DNA of 64,000 nt, taken from Vicugna vicugna (lineage: Eukaryota). Shown in pieces: positions 1-12,237 of the stretch; within the stretch, counting starts at the first letter, position 1, and the number at the start of each line of letters is the position of its first letter. The stretch covers positions 9,341,720-9,405,719 of the forward strand of contig MU058065.1 in NCBI GenBank assembly GCA_013265495.1, read 5' to 3'. Made by a program: the position numbers and the translations under genes. The notes under the pieces were generated by a model. It had not been told where the DNA came from, did no database searches, and saw only the letters and a list, made by a program, of their open reading frames with translations.

Positions 1-125
1 TATATATATATATGTTCATGTATAACTGAAAAATTGTGCTCTACACTGGAATTTGACACAACATTATGAAATGATTATAAATCAATAAAAAATGTTAAAA
101 AAAAAGAAAACCTTCACAAAAAAAA
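1..125 (+). mobile_element. L1 3' end with AATAAA and A-tail (cut by window start)
   Basis: tgtataactgaaaaattgtgctctacactgga...gacacaacatt...tcaataaaaaatgttaaaaaaaaa, a typical artiodactyl L1 3' terminus. Confidence 0.7.
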
Positions 126-438
126 GTGAATAGATTAGCATGAAGTATAATTAACATAGCAGTTTATCGGTCATTTGGAGAATTTGGGAAGTGTTTAAAT
201 TGAGAGAACCCTTGCCAGCATTCTGTTAATAATTCCATCCTCAGAGATAGTGTGAAGGCACGTCTAGAGCTCAGTCCAGCCGTTACATGATTTGTCATAA
301 GTTCTAAAGCACCATCATCTAAATTGTGTATCTTGTGGTTCACTCCGACATCGTGACATTTTATTTCCTGAAAATGGCTTTCATGTATGCCGTGAGTCTT
401 TTGATGGGTTTTTGATAAATCTATCTATTATTTATTAG

Positions 439-588
439 TTATTCAAATTAGAAGACCTGAGGAAGCAGCGTCTTGAGGACCTGGCTACTCTCATTCAGAA
501 GATTTATCGGGGTTGGAGGTGCCGCACACACTTCCTACTCATGAGGAAGAGCCAGACCGTGATTGCTGCCTGGTACAGGAGATACGCG
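439..588 (+). CDS. MYO1B: MYO1B exon (end of motor/converter, IQ1 and start of IQ2): LFKLEDLRKQRLEDLATLIQKIYRGWRCRTHFLLMRKSQTVIAAWYRRYA
   Basis: tttattAG|TTA...GCG|GTgaga; 150 nt, phase 0; IQxxxRGW motif; translation matches myosin-Ib neck as recalled. Confidence 0.96.
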
Positions 589-679
589 GTGAGAGTCCTG
601 GCGTGTTTGGTCTGTAACAACGAACTTATTGGCAACCATTTGTTACGTACTTAACTATGTAGGTGATTTTTTTTTTTTT

Positions 680-845
680 ACACATTTAATCCTCCTAGTG
701 ACCTTATGAAATGGGTGCTCTTCTGGTCCCTTTTTTAAAGATGAGAAAGCTAAGACATTGATCTGTTAAGTAACAGCTACTAAGTGGCAGAGAAGGGGTT
801 TGAATCCAGGACAACTTCAAAGCCCAAGTTTGGTTTATCACACTG
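680..845 (-). mobile_element. MIR SINE relic
   Basis: atttaatcctc...agatgagaaagctaagac...aagtggcagag...ggtttgaatccagg resembles the MIR core. Confidence 0.6.
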
Positions 846-1849
846 TCTTCCGTTGATACAGAGATCTGTAGCGGGAAACCTACACCTTGAATTTGGTGAT
901 CAGATTGGAAGAGTTAATGTCATTTAACCCTTTGAGTATGATAGGGTCAGTTTTCCAAAATAATTGGCTCTTCTCCATTTATTGTAGGACACTGGGAATG
1001 GCTTTAATTCTAGAGAGCTAATGCCACATTTTAGTAGAATTTTGTGTTTGGGTGAAAAGTTGGATTTCCGTTAGTCCTCAATCTAGACCTTTGGGAAAGG
1101 ACCCCAAAATAAAGGAAAGTTAATTGATAGAGAATTTCTTTTTGGAATTTTCTTCCTCACTCGATTAGAGATGTTTCATTGGAGGCATAACAGGTTTGAG
1201 GAGAACCTGAAGGTTTGCCTGTAGGCTGGCTTGAACTTGGCATTATGTTCTTGCAAAATGAATTTTAGTGATAAGAGCACTGCTTCCAAATGCTTTTTCG
1301 TTCTATGCTTTTTCACTAGAGAGTGAGTTGGAAAAGGAATTAAAATTGCAATCAAATCTCCGTTAGGGTATTCTTCCTCTTTTTCAACTGTAGAGGAATT
1401 TTGCTGTAAGGGAGTGTATAATCAGAGCATAATTTATGCTGACCTATTCTCATGTAATACATTTTAGCATATAATTTCCAAGTTTTAGAAATTAATGAGT
1501 TACTTGAATGATTAACTAAAGAAAAATTGCCTGATCTTTAAAAGAGTTATCTTTAAAATTTCTTCCTCTAGTCAAAAAAATATAACCAACAATACAAGTG
1601 TTAAAATTTGATACATTCATTCATATGTATTCTGCAAGTGCCTGGAGGACTTTGCCCCCAACCTGGCTGCACAGAGCCCTGGTGCTTTGCCTGCCTGCAG
1701 ATTCATGATGCTCTGTTTTCTGTTTTCCTGAGAAAGGGGGGACCAAGAAATAGCCAGTCCTCAAGGGACCCTTTTCATTATTTCTTATTTTGAGATCATT
1801 AAGAAAATCCAAGTTTGGAAGGATTCTGATTTAATCTGTCTTGAATTCT

Positions 1850-2130
1850 GCAGATAGTTTTGAAACACCTCCTCTGCCAGACTCTGGGGATAGCAAGCTG
1901 AACCAAACAACCTGATTCCTGTCCTCAGAGAGTTTATATCTAGTGAAGGACGATATGCATTTAAGCAAGTGAATAATCAGAACGATGACAGATTGTACTA
2001 AGTGCTAGGAAGCAAATGGAGAACAGAGATAAAGAGGAGTGGGGAGACAGGATATAACGCTAGATAGGACGGTCAAGGAAGGTCTCCTGGAAGGAGTCAT
2101 TTCTCAGAAGAATGAGAAGAAACAGGCAGG
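1850..2130 (-). mobile_element. L2 LINE fragment
   Basis: tgccagactctgggga...cctgtcctcagagagtttatatctagtg...ggtcaaggaaggtctcctgga. Confidence 0.55.
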
Positions 2131-2323
2131 GAACCAAGATTAGTAGGTGTTATTTACATCCCCCCCGCCCCCCGCAGTATAGAGCTTTTGTGTCTCCAGA
2201 TATTAAAAAAGGCACCATATGTATCATTCATTCATGATGCTGGGAGTTAGAGTGAAAACCAGTAACAGCCCAGTCTTTAGAGAAAGTATCAACTGTGCTC
2301 TGGCGTCATCTCTGTGTAAGCTG

Positions 2324-2634
2324 CAGGCATACCTGAGAGACATTGTGGGTTTGGTTCCACACTGCTCCAGTAAAGCAAATACCACCATAAAGCGAGTCAC
2401 ATGGATTTGTTTGTTTCCCAGTGCACATAAAAGTTAATGTTTCCACTATACTATAGTCTGTTAGGTGTGCAATAACACTTTGTCTAAACAAAACAGTGTA
2501 CATATCTTAATTAAAATATACTTTATTGGCTAAAACATGCTAACCATAATTTAACAGTGCAAGGTTGCCACAAACCTGCAGTTTGTAAAAAAAACGGAAT
2601 TACCTGCAAAGTGCAATAAAACAAGGTATGCTTG
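2324..2634. mobile_element. Internally deleted Tigger1-type DNA transposon (MITE)
   Basis: TIRs CAGGCATACCT...AGGTATGCTTG followed by TA; internal sequence matches Tigger1 ends as recalled. Confidence 0.8.
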
Positions 2635-4067
2635 TAAATGTCTCAACCAGTGAACTATGTGTTATCCAAGCCAGTGATTTTGCCTTGACCAAATAACTCA
2701 AAAGATTTTCTGAATGTCCATTTTCAGTTACTGATAATGTTAAAGTCCATACTCTGTGATATTTCATGACTCTTTGAGATGAATTCTAAAGTGACATAGT
2801 TATTTTCAAGCCACACAGGAATTTTAAAAGGAAAACATTGAGGTCTCAAATGGATGTCAGAAGTGATGGTCAGATGTTGTAGGTATAATTTGGTCCCTAC
2901 AGCCGTGGAATATCAATCCCTGTGGAACCTTAGAGGTTCAACTGATGTGGAAACTGAGGCTGAAAGAAGGTAGTGACTTGTCCATGGTCCCAGGTTCTCT
3001 TTGCCTATGTCTCTGGCATCCTCTTTTGTTCTGCTGCTCATATGTTTCTGACGTCACCTTCCATTTCCTCTGATCGTCTAAAATGTAGCCCAGGGTCCTG
3101 GAGGCCCTGATCCCCTCAGAGAAGGGGAGCCGGGCAGGCCACCATCTCCAGAGTCAAAGACACACAGCACAGCTTCAGGACTTTGTTTGCAAAGCTGTGG
3201 AATTTCATCTCAGATGCTCATGTTGTAGTGAATATTCTTCCCTAAGTACAATAAGAAATCACTTGTCTAGGGCTAGTGTTCCAGCAGGCTCCACTCTCCA
3301 AGGCATCAGCCCTGGAAGTAAGGAGGGCCTCTGGGCATTGAGCTTACTGACTCTTGGCCCCAAGCGTCACGGGATCTTTCCAAACCTTTCCTACCTAGAA
3401 GTAACCTCTGCTGCATCTGAACCTGCCTGCTGTGCTCTCATTTTCCCCAGGACACTATTTTTCTTTTCTATTCCTGGCTGGTCCCCTCTGCGAGCCCTTG
3501 AATTCAGGGATGGAGTTGGATTCACACTTACATCCTCATAGTTCCATCGAAGGGCTGGATGCAGAGTTGGAGCTCAGTAAATAAAGTTTAGTTGATTGGT
3601 AGAAGTTTACTAAAATTTGTTAGCTGATTTCCCAGCTTGAGGCAGGGTGAAAGCAGCAAACCTAAAAGGAACTGGGGGTGTTAGAGGCTGACTCAGTAAG
3701 CAGCATCAGAATGCTCGGATGCAGACGCGGAGCTCAGTGTGTCTCCATGTTCAGTGTGTTTATCGGGTGTCTGCTGTGTGTTCCAACTCTGTATTATAGC
3801 AGCATGATGCAAAGAACAGATGTTAATCATGGTGGATCCTGAGTTACATAGAAACCATTCAATTATGTTTTCTATCCTTGAAGCAAACTTGAGATTAACT
3901 GTAATAACTTTGGATTGTTGGACAGTTTGATTTCCATACTTCTTGGTTCCCAGAAGGAATACGGGTGATCTTGAGTTCGCTGCACTAAGTGAGCAAGTCT
4001 GCTCTCTGTGAATGTGTATTTGGGTGTGTAAACAGAACGGCTAATATCTTCCCCTTTCATCCTACAG

Positions 4068-4136
4068 CAACAAAAGAGGTATCAACAGATAAAGAGCTCT
4101 GCCTTGGTAATTCAGTCTTACATACGGGGTTGGAAG
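4068..4136 (+). CDS. MYO1B: MYO1B exon (IQ): QQKRYQQIKSSALVIQSYIRGWK
   Basis: cctacAG|CAA...AAG|GTgagt; 69 nt; IQSYIRGW motif. Confidence 0.96.
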
Positions 4137-4630
4137 GTGAGTTTAAAAGAAGTGACCCTTATTTATCTGGGGTTTCCATGTTCTTTACAAAGGATAATGT
4201 CTTTGGGCTCACCCTGCAGGGGAGGGCTCCTGGTCTCCCGCCTACCCTGTAAACAGTCAAATGGAAGGAATAAATATTATGGGCCAAGCTGGGGCCCTTG
4301 ACCATGTCTTGGCTGCTTCCTGCTTTCTTTTCAAAAGCTTTGTTCTCTGAGCAGGAAGTCCTTGAAGTAATACCGTACATAATTTCAGTATCCTCTTGCC
4401 CTGTTTTTGAGGGAAGCTGTAGTCCAAGGGGCCATTTCTTACTGTTGCCTCCATACCTGTGAGTCCTGCCAGACCTCAGCTCCCCAGCCCAACAGTGCCT
4501 TCTGTAACTTCCCCGTGACCCTCTTGCAGGCTGCCCCATAATGATCGAATGATCTGAAGCTCTAACTGTCCTAGCGGGGGTCACAGTGCGCACACTACCT
4601 GGTTCCAGGTCCTTCCTGCCAAGGCTTGGA

Positions 4631-4825
4631 TCAGGGTCAGCAAACTACAGCCCATGGGCCAAATCTAACCTACTGCCTATACAACCTGAGAGCTAAGAAT
4701 GGTTTATATTTTTTAAAGCATTGTTAAATTTTAAAAAAAGAGGAATATTTTGTGACATAAAAATTATACAAAATACAAATTTTATATAAATATATACGTA
4801 CATGAAATACAAAGTTCATAGAAAT
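4631..4825 (+). mobile_element. MER58-type hAT element, left part (split by L1)
   Basis: cagggtcagcaaactacagcccatgggccaaatct...gagctaagaatggttt. Confidence 0.7.
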
Positions 4826-5580
4826 AGTTTTTTCTTTTAAAAATTTTTTATTGAATGAAAGATTTTTAAAATGCTATAGTTTTATCCCCTACTGCTGTTG
4901 CACTTTCCCCCTTCCCTTTCTGTGCTGGTAATCTAGTTTGTCCTCTATATCTGTGAGTCTATTTCTTTTCTGTTTTATTCACTAATTTATTGTATTTTTT
5001 AGATTATTCCACGTATAAGTGATACTGCATTTGTCTTTCTCTGTCTGACTTATTTCACTTAGCATAATGCCTGCCCTTCAAGTCCATTCATATTGTTGCA
5101 GATGGCAAAACTTCATTCTTTTTTATGACTGAGTAATATTCCACACATATACATATACACACACCACATCTTCCTTAACCATTCATTTGTTGATGGACAC
5201 TTAGGTTGTTTCCATATGTTGGCAACTATAAATAATGCCACCATGAACATTAGGGTGCCTATATCTTTTTGAGTTTTTTTTGTATATCCAGGTGTGGAAT
5301 TGCTAGGTCATATGGTAGTTCTATTTTTACTTTTTTGAGAAACCTCCATACTGTTTTCCACAATGTCTGCACCAATTTACATTCCCACCAATAGTGTGGG
5401 AGGGTTTCCTTTCTCCACGTCCTTGCCAACATTTGTTATTTATGTTCCTTTTGATGATGACCGTTCTGATAGCTGTGAGGTGGTATCTCACTGAGGTTTT
5501 GATTTGCATTCTTCTGATGATAGTGCTGTTGAGTTTCTTTTCATGTGCCCGGTGGCTGTCTGCATTTCCTCGTTGGAAAA
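4826..5580 (-). mobile_element. L1 3' UTR and ORF2 C-terminus (non-inverted arm)
   Basis: T-rich tail at left; minus-strand ORF2-like peptides FSNEEMQTATGHMKR and MQIKTSVRYHLT...NKCW...GGNVNW. Confidence 0.85.
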
Positions 5581-6330
5581 ATTAATCCACAGATGCATTG
5601 CAATCCCTATCAAAATACTAATGGCATTTTCCACAGAACTAGTACAAATAATTTCAAAATTTGTATGGAAACACAAAGATGCCAAATAACCAAAACAATC
5701 TTGAGAAAGAACAGAGCTGGAGAGGTCGCCCTCCCTGACTTCAGACTTTACTACAAAGCGACAGTAATCAAAACAGTACAGTCATGGTACTAGATGAATG
5801 GAACAGAATCGAGAGACCAGAAATAAACCCACGCACTATGGTCAATTAATCTGTGACAAAGGAGGTAACTATATACAGAGGAGAAAAGATGGTCTCTTCA
5901 GTTAGTGGTGCTGGGAGAACTAGAAAGCTCATGTAAAAAAATGAAATTAGAACATTCTCTAATGCCATATACCAAAATAAACTCAAAATGAATTAAAGAC
6001 CTAAATGTAAGACCGGGTACCATAAAACTCCTAGAGGAAAAACAGGCAGAACACTCTTCCACACAAATGGCAGTGATGTCTTTTGGGTCTTTCTCCTAAA
6101 GCAAAGGACACAAAAGCAAAAATAGACAAATGGGTCCTAATTAAGCTTAAAAGCCTTTGCACGACAGAAGAAATCACTGACAAAATGAAAAGACAACCTA
6201 TTGAATGGGAGAAGATACTTGCAAATGATATGACTGACAAGGGGTTAATATCTGACATACATCAACAGTTCATTAAATTTAGCATCAAAAAAATAAACAG
6301 CCAATTAAAAAGTGGGTAGAAGAACTGAAT
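5581..6330 (+). mobile_element. L1 ORF2 fragment (inverted arm)
   Basis: IAIPIKILMAFSTEL, LPDFRLYYKATVIKTV, KIDKWVLIKLKSLCT, MKRQPIEWEKILAN. Confidence 0.88.
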
Positions 6331-6492
6331 GAAAGTTTTGTAAGTACACAGCCATGCTCATTTATTTTATATCTTGTCTGTGGCTTCTCTAGTGCTACAA
6401 GGCAGAGTTGGTAGTTGTGGTAGAGAACTTGTGACCTGCAAAGCCAGAAGTGCCATCTTCCCTTCTACAGAAAATGCTTATTGCTCCCGCTC
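6331..6492 (+). mobile_element. MER58-type hAT element, right part
   Basis: aaagttttgtaagtacacagccatgctcattt...gctacaaggcagagttggtagttg...cctgcaaagcc...ctacagaaaa. Confidence 0.7.
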
Positions 6493-7352
6493 AGGTTAAA
6501 GATGCTTCAAAGATACCACTCTCCTGTTGGGTGATTTTGTGGAGTGGGCTGGATCCAGAGGGTGGTTCTCAGGCCCAGAACCCCTTCAGAGGGTAGAGCC
6601 TTGGGCCAGGAGAACGGCAGCTTCCGCTGACCTTTGTCGAGGCCTGTGGTGACCCAAGGGTTCGGTCGTTGTCCCACAGCAATTGCCAAAATACAAGCCT
6701 GAGCACATGGAGTAAGTGAACTTACTAACCGCAGGTTTTCCTTGGACCTAATACAAGTCCTGGGTCCAGGTGTCCGGTCTAGAGACTTCAGAGTCAAGGA
6801 CTCGGGGTTCACCTCCAGACTGGCGGTCCTCCTGGCCCCCGCAAAATCAGTTTCCAGCAACTGCTGGAAAGAAGCCACTAGTTTTGAACCAGAGAGATAA
6901 TTTATTTTAGCAAATTTTTAGTTACCTCCTCTGGATAAAAAGTACAGCTCCAGCTACATTCCACACAATAATCATTAAAGGAAGCAAATGGACTTTGGTG
7001 GTTCATTGGAGATCCTTCAGCCACATTCTGAGAACTGTTCCTTCCATCCGCCGTGCACCAGCTTGTATCGCTGTGATCAGGTGTTTTCCCGTCACACTGC
7101 AGGGCAGGGGAGGCTGCTGTCTCAGTCTGAGTGGGGGCTACACTGTCACCTGTGATGCCTTCATTTACCACCTTCTCGGGGCCCGTTTGGGGTAATAAGC
7201 TATTTCCCCTTTTCCTTTCTTCAAGCTACTGACCTTTGCCCTGAGAATCAGGATTATCACTGTCTCTTCCGGTGTTTGTTTTCAAGTCACTATGGATACA
7301 GTTTTTTTGTTGTCATTAACTTTCTGTTTTTCTGGGTCATTCTGTGCTTTAG

Positions 7353-7439
7353 GCCCGAAAACTCCTGCGGGAGCTGAAGCATCAGAAGCGCTGTGAGGAA
7401 GCAGCCACCACCATTGCAGCGTATTGGCATGGTACCCAG
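7353..7439 (+). CDS. MYO1B: MYO1B exon (IQ-like): ARKLLRELKHQKRCEEAATTIAAYWHGTQ
   Basis: ctttAG|GCC...CAG|GTaggc; 87 nt, phase 0. Confidence 0.95.
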
Positions 7440-7704
7440 GTAGGCCAGATTCCCCCAGGAAGGCAGCGGGTCCGGAGTGCTGTGTGGAACCACAGACCCT
7501 CCATTCGGGTCTCACTCGCTTAAGCGCCTAGGCACGCGTTTGCCTCTTGCTCTTTGCAACGTCCTGGTGTGGGGAGGTGGCACATGCTTTTGTGTTTACT
7601 ATTTGATGGTGACCAGTGTCTGTCTTTCTCCTTCTCCATTGGGAATCAGCAGTAACCTTTCTTGCCTTAAACTCTTCTGTGACTCCTTTTCAAATGCATC
7701 ACAG

Positions 7705-7791
7705 GCGCGAAGGGAACTGAGCCGGCTGAAGGCGGAGGCTAGGAATAAACATGCTATTGCAGTTATTTGGGCTTACTGGCTTGGATCGAAG
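7705..7791 (+). CDS. MYO1B: MYO1B cassette IQ exon, first copy (human exon 23 equivalent): ARRELSRLKAEARNKHAIAVIWAYWLGSK
   Basis: tcacAG|GCG...AAG|GTactt; 87 nt, symmetric phase 0; matches known alternatively spliced myo1b lever-arm insert. Confidence 0.95.
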
Positions 7792-9583
7792 GTACTTGAA
7801 ATGCACATCCCATCACTCCCATCCTGGAATCTGCAGTAATCTGTCCGTACCTCCAGCGTTGCAGGGGATGGAGGCCCACAGTTGACCGTGGCTCACACTG
7901 GTGCATGTTGTAGCCGCTAGATTTAATAAACCTGGAGATGCTAGTGCCAAGAGTGCACTAGGAAGCTTAAAGCATGTGCAGGGAAAAAAAGACTAACTGC
8001 TCACTAATGAGACACTAGCATAGCTGTTTTTTGTTAAACTGTCAAATAACATGCATGTTTAGTTTCCTTTTTTTCTTCCCCATCCCCCTGATGTATCCTG
8101 GCAGTCTTAGAGGTGTTTTGGTGTGTTGGAGGTGGGGGGGGCATGTTGGAAATGTTAAGGTTTGGGTTTCTTTGGTCTTCTGCAACATATTGACAGTAGA
8201 AACGCCTTTAACGCATGCTTTAAAAAAATATTAATCCATAAGTGAAATTGTTTTTAGGCTCACTGTGGCAGCTATTGATTATTGTAAGCAAAATATTATA
8301 TGTGAAAAGAATTATCATCTGTGACTTAATAAAAGCTATGTTCATGCAAAGCTAGCTATAATTGCCCCTGAAGAATCCCAGGAATTTCAGCATCAGCTGT
8401 TTGTTTTCAGAAACAAAGGCCTCCTGAAATACTCTCACTAATCCCCAGGCAGAGTCGTGGGCTCTGTGAACATTTCACAAACCCCAAGGGACAAGCATTT
8501 TAGATGTTTTTGTTACTTAGAAAATCAAAGGTCATCTCTGCTAAAAATGTGTATTCCAGCTAGAAACTCAAATACCCATAACAGTCCTATGTTTTCAAGT
8601 CTACCTTGTCAGCGTTATAAACCCATCTTGTGAGAAAAATGAGAAAAGTCAACATTTGCTGGCATAAAGATCTTAAAACTTGCCACAAACAAACCAGAGT
8701 TGTTCGTTTGTGTTTTCCCCTGAGAAATCGGTGTGGAGCAAACCAGTTCTTTTAATAAACTGAGGGAACTGTCTTAGCAGAGGCAGAGGGCGTCTTACTT
8801 ATCCCTGGGACCTCTCCGCTGAGTGAGCTCATTTCCCAGTCTGAGTACGACAGTGTAATGAAGCATGAGTGCCTGTCTATTTCTGTCTTTTAAAACAACA
8901 TACCTCAGATGAATTTTTCCCCAAGTTAGTTTTTAAACCTATGAGTTGTTTCACTTTTTATCTTGCTTCGGTATATTTCACTTTTGGAGCCTTCACTAAT
9001 ACTGAATTTTGATACGTGCCACTTCTAACTGGGAAGAATTGGGGGTTTTTTGGTTTTTGTTTTTTTGAACTACAGAGAAGCAGCCTTTATTCCTTCCAGT
9101 TTCTAAATGATTGTTCACAAGAATTGTCTTCTTATGCACCCAAATGAATGAACTCAGAAATTCACAGCCTCTTTGGCCCCATGGGCTGGCAGCAAGGGGA
9201 AGTCTACTGAAATTAGGTGCCACTCAGAGTTCTAAGGCTTTGATGGGGGAGGGCAGAAGGGAGAATGTGGTGAAGGAAAGGAAGAGGGAGAGAGCAGGGG
9301 AGAAAAAGGAAAAGAATGGAAGTAAGGGAGTGGAGGGAGTGCTTCCCTCAGGTACCACACAGATGGCTGGCCATCTTCTGGGACTGGGCCTTAACGCATT
9401 GAAAACACAAGGTACCACACAGCCTTCCACTGATGCTTTGGGTTTAAATGATCGTGCACCGTTTCTCTATCATTCTGAAATCCTTATAAATTGGCTCTCC
9501 TGTTTGGTGGGGTGTCTTTTTTCTGGTCATTTGTGCTATCTGCATTGGGCCGTCTCTTTTATTTACCGTCTAAAACATTCTAG

Positions 9584-9670
9584 GCTCGAAGGGAATTGAA
9601 ACGCTTGAAGGAGGAGGCTAGGCGTAAGCATGCAGTTGCTGTCATTTGGGCTTACTGGCTTGGACTGAAG
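9584..9670 (+). CDS. MYO1B: MYO1B cassette IQ exon, second copy (human exon 24 equivalent): ARRELKRLKEEARRKHAVAVIWAYWLGLK
   Basis: attctAG|GCT...AAG|GTactt; 87 nt, paralogous to 7705-7791. Confidence 0.95.
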
Positions 9671-11684
9671 GTACTTCCTCAACCCCTTCTTTCTGTCCAC
9701 GGTGAACTCAATGAAGCCCAGCACCTACTAACCCCGATGAACCAATTATGCTTGCTCTTGGTCTGCACAGTCTTTTACAATGTCATCCTGCCTAATTTTG
9801 TTTCCTTTTGAGAACAAACCTATACACTAATATTTTCTGATTTTATTGTGGTGTCTTTCTTTAAATCATAGATTTAAAGTAATAGCATGTTACTTTAAAT
9901 AGTAATATAAGTATATTTTTCCCAAGATATTTGGTTATCCAAGTTCTGTTTAATGCTATCTCTATGAGGATGAATGTTTTTTCTTTTCGTTTATGAGACA
10001 GAGTTACAGTCGTTGAGCTAAAAGCTGACCCACCGTCTGCGGTGACCAGCCTGGGGATATTGGGCTATTGTCGCCCTTTATCCTCCTATTCTGTTCCATT
10101 GCCGGCTCCTGGGGCAGAGCTTTCTTCAAAGTGCCTGCCATTCTAATTGTTCAGCATAGAAACCAAAGGGTTTTGCATAAATGTACAGATTTTGACAAAT
10201 AAGACCGGCAGTGGATCATTCAGGTTAAAGAGGACTTTTGATTTGAATGCCTTCTAATTTAGAGCAGGGTTTATTTCAAAGGGGTACTAACCATTTGAGG
10301 TGAGGATGCAAATAAGTAAACATGGCTCCAAATTCTGAAAAACCCTGACAGTAACCTTAGGCAATACAAGGATTTTGTGTTCCTAATATTCAATAACTCA
10401 TCACCACAGGGACCCAGCCACATTGCTGTTTTGGGATAATTAGGCCCCCTTTTGACACTTCCCCTTTGTTGTTTTACTTGAATATTAGAGTAATTCATTT
10501 TTTTCTCAATATTTGAATGTCATCCAGGAAACCATTGACTCTGAATCTGGACAGTGTTAGCAGTATCTATCTGTAAACTCTGCTTTGAACAACCTACATT
10601 TTTTTCCCTAAAAGTTTAGCCTATAACCTTTAGTAAATTAACTTTGTGATTATAATAAATATGCATCAAGTTATTTTTGAAGTAATTAAGTAACTTAAAT
10701 ATGAATTTAAGATGTTCTATCTCTCGAATTCTAAACAAGTTCTGTAACTACTTTTTCAAAGTCAAAACTAAGAATTTTATTTCCCATTTGATTCACATTC
10801 TAATTTGCATTCTAATTTTCATAAAGAAAGGAACAAACAACATTGAGTCAGGATTTTTACTCTCTATAATGATTTCTACCAGCAACATCAGATTTATCTT
10901 CAGCGTTCTGGATTTAACTAACTGCATATGATTTTAAAAGCACTTTCATATTAGAGTGTGTGCTAGCGTCCTATAAACCAAATTCACTCTTTTAGCCTAA
11001 GTTATTTGGGCTTATTCTCAACATAACTGTCTTTATTTTTCCAGTTTCCAACAGAACAGGATTGTTTTAATGTTGCCATTATTATTGTTATGAGATAAGA
11101 TTAAACTCGTTTGAAGACCAAGAATGTAATAATTTTGTATTTTTTTGAAAAGAATTATGTTAATAGGAACTGTAGTTTCACCCTTATGAATGATTTGATT
11201 GTGAAATTGATTATAAAGTTCAATGGGACCCTTTTTAGGACCCTTGGGGCCCATGAGGGGGACCCATTCTATATGCCAGCATATTGTCACCAGGCCTTCT
11301 CTGTCTGTAGCTGTATTTCAGGAGAAAGGGCCTGTCCTGTGAAGTATCAAAAAGCATGTCGCATTGAGCTCAGTTACAGTGACGTTCAAGTGAATACAGG
11401 ACTTCTAGTATATTTCTAAGGACATGTTTTCACGAAACCTTACTTTAACTTCTCTGCTTTCCTACACTATTATAATTTCAGGAACCAATGAATAGGTACC
11501 TTTTTTCTTCTTGTTACTTCTGACCTTGTAAGTTTGAGATTTGAAATAGTTACGAACAACTCAAAAGCTAAAAGAGAAATGAGCATCGGTAACATGGAGT
11601 ATGAATTAAAGGAGAAACTGTCTATGTGGTGTATGGGAGAATTTTCAAACCTTAATAATCCACAGGTGTAGAAAATAGCGCTGA

Positions 11685-11990
11685 TGCTCACATGCCCAGA
11701 GGGACCAGGCAGGTCATGTGTTGAGGGAAATAGCAGATGGAAGGCGGGTTAGGAACAGCCGGCCTCATGCAGTTTGGAGTGTGCGGCTCTCTCCTAAGGC
11801 AGCAGCGGCCACTCTGGTGCACTTTGTCCTTGTCATGTGGGACTGGAGCTCACTGTTGCTCGATATTAGAAACTGGTAAGAGAAACCCGTAGTCTGAATT
11901 CCTGTGTGAAGTTCTTAATTTAAAAATGGGCATATGAAACATTTGTCTGCAAACTCAATTTGGTTACTAGGTTGCTAGTTTATAACCCCG
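11685..11990. mobile_element. hAT-Charlie relic (MER102-like)
   Basis: gaccaggcaggt...cctaaggcagcagc...cactgttgctcgat...ctagtttataacccc resembles the recalled consensus. Confidence 0.45.
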
Positions 11991-12237
11991 AATGTATAAA
12001 TATTTTGAAAATGTGCAGTTAAACCCAGGAAGCTAAAGATACAAGAAAAACATACATGATGTCTGAATTACTCAAATAGGCTAATAAATTGCTAAATTCT
12101 AACTCTCCCGTTTATAGCTGGATGTTGATAAACGTTTTAAATATTTTCCCCTCAATTTCAAAATTTAACTATCATTCATTGATTTAGCAAGCACCTCGCT
12201 CAGTTATTTTGTTTGTTAGACATTAGTATACAAAGTA

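Noticed and set aside
9111..9599. 162-aa intronic ORF
   Set aside because: It results from a stop-poor purine-rich tract and is out of frame with the MYO1B exon it runs into.
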